Assembly (NCBI GenBank): GCA_951406725.2
Contig: OX597825.1
Coordinates: forward strand, 3,100,001 to 3,164,000
Length of the DNA stretch: 64,000 bases
Direction of reading: 5' to 3'
Source: Octopus vulgaris
Lineage: Eukaryota
Shown: in pieces, positions 56,729 through 64,000 of the stretch
How the letters are laid out: each line of letters opens with the position of its first letter
How positions within the stretch are numbered: the stretch's first letter is position 1
Program-made: the position numbers and the translations under genes
The notes under the pieces: generated by a model
What the model saw: the letters and a program-made list of their open reading frames with translations, nothing else
Databases searched by the model: none
Told to the model about the DNA's origin: nothing

Positions 56729-57833
56729 TATATGTATGTATATACACATATGCATGCATATATAAATATATACATGTATTTAAATACATATATACACATA
56801 CGTATACATACACAATTATCATATATATATACAGAAGAAATATATGCGAAATAAGCTGAACATGTAAAATGCTGGTGTGCTGTAATTAGTGTGTTCAATT
56901 TATAAATAAAAAAAAATTATGTATCCTTAGATAACGAAATATATCATGAATGTGAGAGATTTATCCATTGACTTCATCAAAGTTATCATTATATTTTGAC
57001 GACGGTATATTTGAAAAGAGTAATAGCTTGTAATTATGGCGTTTTGAAAGAGCACCCAGCGGCGAACTATTCTCATCTCACTATCATGTTATTTCGCTAG
57101 ACATTGTGGCTATAGAACAAAAACTCTCGTAATTTGTGAGAAAATTAAATTATTTGCTAAAACAAGAAAATATATCCAGCTGTTTATTTTGTCTTTTCTT
57201 TAATGGAAAGGAAATGTCAGGTGCGTTATTTATTATTGAGTAACCCGAGGATATTGATAGGATCATTAAAGGACCAAGACAAATTCCAGCTGTGTGTCAA
57301 TGTCATACACAACAAACCATTGTCATACAAACCAGACGAGACGACACATCAAAAGACTAACGAAAGAAATGATGAAGAATTCGAGAGAAGATTAAAGAGA
57401 AAAGTAGAAAACAAGTAAATATTTATCGGTAATATCTCCTCGAAATAAAAACAGAACAACCCGTTCGTAAAGCAATTTCTAAATTCAGAAATCGAACAAT
57501 GCTCTTCAATATATCACGTAATGATATATACACACACTTAGAGAAACACACCCGCAAACGCATATACACGAACATATACACATACACAATCACAATCACA
57601 CACACACACATACATACAAGCGCACATGCACACACAAATACATACGTGAAAATAGAACAAAAAACACAAACAACCACACACACACGCGGGAAAATTATGT
57701 AACACGTTTCTAACACTGAAAATAAATTACATAAGTAATTGTGAGAAAAGTAGCTACATATACATGGACAGATACTTCTATATATTATACACACACGATT
57801 CACTTCGACATGTATATATTCATATACGCTTAT

Positions 57834-57951
<118 letters not shown>

Positions 57952-58479
57952 CACTATTATATAGAGAGCACTATTACACATAGATGTCGCACGCTAGGAG
58001 GGACTTTTAAAGCCAAAACTACCAAAATAAACAAAGTGTGCCGAATGCAATCTTCGAAGCGAGTCATTTAAAAAAAGAATCAATGTGTAATAGCGCCCTC
58101 TATAGAATATAAATTAAATATTTTCAAGTTGAAAAAAATTTACAGATTTTTTCTCTTACGAGGTTTTTTCACGCTAACTACTTGATAATTTCTTGTGAAG
58201 ATTTAATCCTATTTTTAAACTTATATATATATATATATATATTTCCATTTTTCTCTAGAGCAGAAAGACATTCCAGGCGGGGTTTATTGGTATTAAAAGT
58301 ATAGAAGCCGCATGCATGGCGTTATTAGTATTGTGATTAAACGACTGGTGGCTTTAGTCAAACTTCTCACTACAGCTCTCTATCACTGTGTGTATGTGTG
58401 TGTGTATGTGTGTGTGTGTGTGTGCGTATGTGCGCACATGAAAATATGTATATTATTGTATATATTTATGTGTGCGTAA

Positions 58480-58710
58480 CCCTTCCCCGCATGACAGCAG
58501 ATTTTGGTGTGTTTAAATCTATATAACTTAGCATTTCGGCAAAATAGATGATAGAATAATTACCTTGCTTTAAAAATCAAGTCATGGTGGTGGTGGTGGT
58601 GGTGGTAGTGTGTGTCGGGTGGTGGTGATGTGTTCCACTAAAACCACTAAAACCCTTCAAGATCTTGCTGGAGCATCAACGTAATCGGGTGACTGAAGCA
58701 GGTAAAATAT
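58480..58710 (+). mobile_element. SINE, degenerate, with internal (GGT)n expansion
   Basis: aacttagcatttcggcaaaa...gatagaataa...cttcaag...gactgaagcaggtaaaa; same family as 26305. Confidence 0.6.
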
Positions 58711-58776
58711 AATATATGAACATATATATATATATATGTGTGTGTATATATATGTATGTATATGTTTATATATATG

Positions 58777-58807
<31 letters not shown>

Positions 58808-58822
58808 TACATACACACACAC

Positions 58823-58880
<58 letters not shown>

Positions 58881-59918
58881 ATTTAAGTTGTAAGATTTTC
58901 TGAAGAGAATTACACCGAATAGTTTATTATGCATTAATTATATTGTTATATTTCGGAATGGTCATTACGTATAGTTTTCTTTTTAATAATTATTTGCGCG
59001 ACCTAATATTTAATCTTTTCAATGGTTTCAATTTACAAACGAGGTAAATTCTAGCGGATGAACTATCGTCAAATCGTTTTAACAAATCCTACCTATTTAA
59101 TTATCTTTGTGTCAGCCACGGTCATGTGATGATCATGTCATTGCATATTGTTTTTTTTGCTTGTGATTTTAAGGCGATTACATTAGATGTAATGTCATGC
59201 ATAGTACATCAATATTACTACTTTTCTACAGTTTATTATGCCGTGGTTTTCCTTACATTCCCTATCGACATGATGATGAGTAAATTTAGTACTTACTGTA
59301 AATGTGTATTCGGCTTGATTACAATTACTGCTTCTTCTGATTGTTCTCGCGTTTGTATCTAATGACCTGAACATACTAAGTACTAGATACTGCTTCTATG
59401 GCAACACCAGGCTTTCGTAATACCTAATCTAAATAGATGGAAGGAAATTGAAAATATTCATTTGTGGTCTGAGACTTTTTCAAGCTTTTGGTGTGGATTG
59501 ATATGTGTTGTTTGTTTCGGTATTTCTAAAGTGGATGGTGTATTTTAGTGTTTGTGTGGTTTTGTTATTTGGTGTCTGACGGTGAGATTGTCTCTGTGTC
59601 AGTTCATATAAATTCTCCCTCTCATCTTTTCGTTTTAATCTAACGTCACGCCTCATATTTTTCTTTTGTTATTTTTCTGCTGTCCTTCAGGACAATCCAT
59701 TCCTGCTAGTCTTTCCAAACTGCTTTCACGTGCTCATAAAGCTCATCGCTTTTTGGAGTTGCCTCTTTTCTTAGCTTCTTCTTCAACAAGAAACCTCACA
59801 TTAACAGACCCAAAGCGACTTCCTCGAACTACATAGATTTTTGTGCCCCAGGTTGCAGAGAAATTCTTTCTAACTTGTTATATAAATATATGAATATGAA
59901 TACATGCGTGTGCGCACG

Positions 59919-59973
<55 letters not shown>

Positions 59974-60024
59974 TCACATACACAGATATAGGTATACGTA
60001 TATGGATGAATATATATAAACATA

Positions 60025-60253
60025 GGCGGCGAGCTGGCAGAAACGTTAGCACGCCAGGCGAAATGCGTAGCCGCATTTCGTCTGTCGTTACGTTGTGAGT
60101 TCAAATTCCGCCGAGGTCGACTTTGCCTTTCATCCTTTCGGGGTCGATAAATAAAGTACCAGTTGCGCACCGGGGTCGATGTAATCGACTTAATCCCTTT
60201 GTCTGTCCTTGTTTGTCCCCTCTGTGTTTAGCCCCTTTGGGCAATAAAGAAAT
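60025..60253 (+). mobile_element. Nin/Deu-domain-like tRNA SINE, full length, with 15-bp target-site duplication
   Basis: ggcggcgagctggcagaa...gagttcaaattcc...gcctttcatcctttcggggtcgataaa...aataaaga. TSD atatatataaacata at 60010-60024 and 60254-60268. Confidence 0.9.
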
Positions 60254-61906
60254 ATATATATAAACATAGTAATAGTATACATTCTTTCAAATCAGAGAGG
60301 AGAGTCGGTAACACCTTCGTCATCAAGAATGAATGAGGAATCTCCTTCATCTTTGCATTCTCTTGGAAACCACAGACGGCAATCTTTAAAAAAGGCAAAT
60401 ACCCCCGATATCATTCCTTTGAACCTTTGAACACGGATGGAATTCGGGGGTAGAATTTATTTTATCGATGGCATCAATCCCTGTTAACATTGGTTATATC
60501 AAGTAAGAAATGTTCACCATAAACATAGGCGCCATATATATTTACTATTGAAATATAAATCTGCGTATATCTAGAATCTGACGTCTTAATATAGACACTA
60601 GCCATCTCTCTACTGCTTCCTTGACCCCCCATCACTGCACATTTTATAATATATGGTGATGGATGGTTAATACACAGATTATACTGATAAACTCTCATTC
60701 TATTGTCTACTTTCTCATGTTTTGAATGCTGCTACGTTTCTGCCTTATTCAATCTACACAAGTTACAGTGACCAACTACGCATGTTACGATTACTCTAAA
60801 TATCTAGCATTTTTTGTTTTTAAAATGAATAAAGTGTCCACATAACAACACTGAATATTTATTTAAAAATGTGTTGCATAATGAGGACCTATCTGTGCTG
60901 TTTATAATGAATAGCAACCATTCAAACTGTTTACATTGCACTAATTATACAGAGATTCTGTAAAGGAACTATTTATGCGTTAGTATTCGTAACGTATTAT
61001 TTGCACCGCTAATTTAACACTGCTCTGTTTATAATGAGATTTTTTAATTGTACTATTTTCACAGAAAAATGAAACGATATATTACTGTTTATACTGTCCT
61101 GGTATCATTAAATGACCGTAATCCTTCTCTCAAATGCAGACACCCATGCGAGTAGATATTCTTAATGTGAATAGAAATATTGACACATCTACGTCCAGGA
61201 ATAAGGATTCTGCGACTGGAATGGTCTTATTGTTCATCTGTACATGATTTATCAGCTAGAGTGGGAATGTTATTGATAGAATTCTGTTCGATATATTCTC
61301 AATCGTCCACATTTACTATGTCAAGAAAGTAAGTTACAAGTAAAGGTCATATGCGACAAAATAATCTTTAACTAGTCGTGGTATTTCGGTCGAAATCATG
61401 AACTTTTTATATGATGGAGCATCGTCACAAATGCTTTTGTCATCTGGAATTGTAACTTTAGAGAACTGTATTAGTGTGATAGTATGCGAGAGAAACTTAT
61501 AGCTTCAAGGGGTAGTTTGCATTTGCTCAAGTGTGGGGTTAGGAGAGAGACCGGACAGTAGGAATGAGAAGTGTGTAGACTTCAACGCAGTGATTTTCAT
61601 TTGCTAAGTAAAGTAAAAGCTGAAATACAGGACAAAGAAAAGAGGGACAAATGAAGAAAAAGAAATCAGACGAAAATAACGAAAAGTGGAGAGAAAGACT
61701 GGGTAAGTGAATAAAGGAGAGAGAGAAAGAAAAACGAAGCGAAGAGAGAGAAGTGGATGTATGGATAGCCTGAGGGAGAGAGTAGAAAGAATAAAGCAAG
61801 AAAAGCTCGAAATGCGAAACGAATTAATTGATTAACAATTTTGTGGTTGACTTGCAAATAGACTTTTGAAGAGATTGTTAAGTAGACAGATAAATAGATG
61901 TTTTTT

Positions 61907-61940
61907 CTATCTATCAATCTATCTATCTATCTATCTATCC

Positions 61941-62030
<90 letters not shown>

Positions 62031-62155
62031 TTATCTATCTATCAATCTATCTATCTATCAATCTATCTATCTATCTATATATCTATCTTTCTATCTATCT
62101 TTGTATCTATTTATCTATCTAGCTATCATTCTATTTATCTATCTATGTATCTATA
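61907..62155. repeat. (ATCT)n tetranucleotide microsatellite
   Basis: Read directly; a similar tract lies at about 56540-56690. Confidence 0.95.
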
Positions 62156-62773
62156 TAGGTGTGTAAATATATAAAGGGAGTGATCCAGCATGGCCGCGGT
62201 CAAATAACTAAAGCAAGTTAAAGAGTAAAAGAGTAAAGAGTATATATATAGAGAGAGAGAGGGAGAGAGAGGGAGAGGGGGGAGAGAGAGAAAGAGAGGG
62301 AAACCTGGAAATGTACAACAAGAAAAGACGGTGTTGATCATCACTGTCATCATTACACTGAAGACAATGACGAAGATGATAACGATGATGATGATGGTGA
62401 TGGCGGTTGTCATAGTTGTTACATTGACGTTGGCGGTGATAATGAGAAACATTTGATGTGTAAGACAGATAATTGTAAGAATACAAAAACAAGGAAAGTA
62501 AGTAGGTAACGGGTAAATATATAAATAAATAAATAACGTAATGACTGCGCGGCGAAACAATGGACAGTAGACATGATTAAAAACCAGGAAACAAACGGGG
62601 AAAGAGAGGTTACAATAGATATATGAACTCTCGGGGTAGAAAAGAGAAAATATCTGATATTTCTGTAAGGATAAATATTTCGACAAAGAGATTTTTGTGA
62701 AATTGTGTAACCCATAGAGGTATGGCCATAAACAATTATTTGTATACATTGTGCATATATATATATATATATG

Positions 62774-62818
<45 letters not shown>

Positions 62819-62877
62819 ATATTTATATATTATTTATATTATGTATAAATAAATAAATATATATATATATATATATA

Positions 62878-63167
62878 TCACCGTGATCACCGTGACCAAC
62901 CAGGCTATCAGATGTTGCTAGACATCGCTGGTCACAATGCGCTTCACATTGTTTTAGCCTTCAAAGGACGCCACCCCGCTGGCTAAGCGAGCAGGCCAAC
63001 AGAAGAAAAAGTGAGAGTAAGTCGTGGCGAAAGAGTACAGCAGGGATCGGCACCACCCTCAGCCGGGTGCTTTAGGTGTTTTCGCTCAAGAAACACTCAC
63101 AACGCCCGGACTGGATCGAAACCGCCATTCTACAACCTCGAGTCCGCTATCGTAACCACTGGACCAT
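62878..63167 (-). mobile_element. tRNA-derived SINE
   Basis: Minus-strand head tggtccagtggttacgatagcggactcgagg...ggtttcgatcc. The core is shared with the 20781 copy but the 3' tail differs. Confidence 0.8.
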
Positions 63168-63299
63168 ATATATGTACGTATGTACGTATATATCTTTGAT
63201 TACGTTATATTTGACAAATGACAAGCTAGCGATTATCCATCGTTTGCGTAATTACTATATCCGAGGTTCTGTTACGTAAGTAGTGTATATATATATATA

Positions 63300-63570
63300 A
63301 TATTTATAATCATACTTAACTGTAATTCAATAGAAGGCACACAAGGCGCCTATATCCTAGAAAGAGGAGCTAGATAGTAAAGTAATCCACCGAACTACAC
63401 TGAGATACACATCGGGTCAACAGAAAGTGGGGACTTGAGTAACGATAATAAAAATCACCACATATCAAATCTGTAGAATGAAAAACTTGATATACTTGGA
63501 TCATGATTTCGAGTTCTGGGAAGTGCTTCAACACTCTTCCTTGAAATCTCGGTGAAATAATGAATTATAA
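63300..63570 (-). mobile_element. Probable Penelope-type terminus with decayed hammerhead
   Basis: Minus strand GAG...CTC-GAAA-TCATGA-TC (palindromic helix III). A related piece lies at 1-60 (gaagtgcttc). Abuts a TA tract. Confidence 0.4.
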
Positions 63571-64000
63571 ATATGAATTTGTTTTTTTTATTCCCTAGCT
63601 ATTTAACGCTATTATTACTTACTACCCCCTACATTCTGGTTGTTATTATTATCAATTATTTAAATTTACCGATAACAATAACAATACCTATATAACAATA
63701 AAAATACATATATAAAAATTCATTTGAATATTTACTCCTTATAAATATTTATATTATAAATTAAAGTCGTAATGAATTTGCGCGGTGCAATTCAGAATGC
63801 TAAAGATTTCAATGAGGTCAGTTCGTCTTTTACACAGTAATGCTTACTGTGGAGAGTTGACGCGATAGGCAGAACTCCAAGTATATCCGCTGGATTGTTA
63901 TTGATCCATTGTATAATTTAGTGTAATAAGTTTGTTTCGTTGAAGATGTTGCTCCTTTTTCTAGCCGGTGTGCCCTCTATTGTAAATATAGTTCATTATA

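Noticed and set aside
57980-58225. Helitron-like non-autonomous repeat (also about 11480-11760)
   Set aside because: Termini cannot be verified without a repeat library.
59376-59400. Partial matches to conserved miRNAs (miR-252-like here, miR-278-like at about 15303, miR-190-like at about 47480)
   Set aside because: Only partial identity and no precursor hairpin.
63832-63908. Three small hairpins (cacagtaa/ttactgtg and others)
   Set aside because: Short stems expected by chance, with no known motif.

Overview
AT-rich eukaryotic DNA saturated with microsatellites ((TA)n, (CA)n, (ATT)n, (AGT)n, (ATCT)n). The SINE and MITE families look like octopus repeats (inference from recalled families, not a database search). 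I found no host protein-coding gene I can identify, and most ORFs in the track are translated microsatellites. The window reads as intronic or intergenic DNA full of transposon relics: several tRNA-derived SINE families, an R4/Dong-type non-LTR fragment, an RTE 5' fragment, two Tc1/mariner relics (one DD37D/maT), a piggyBac-type MITE, and a Neptune-like Penelope element with an inverted terminal copy. The strongest signal is at 30.1-33.9 kb. Outward-facing inverted Penelope-type termini there form long fold-backs, and a minimal type I hammerhead ribozyme motif (33776-33813) has an intact core except that the C3-G8 pair is swapped to U3-A8. Degenerate hammerhead motifs recur at other Penelope-type termini, most of which abut (TA)n. 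A few low-confidence candidate exons are noted.
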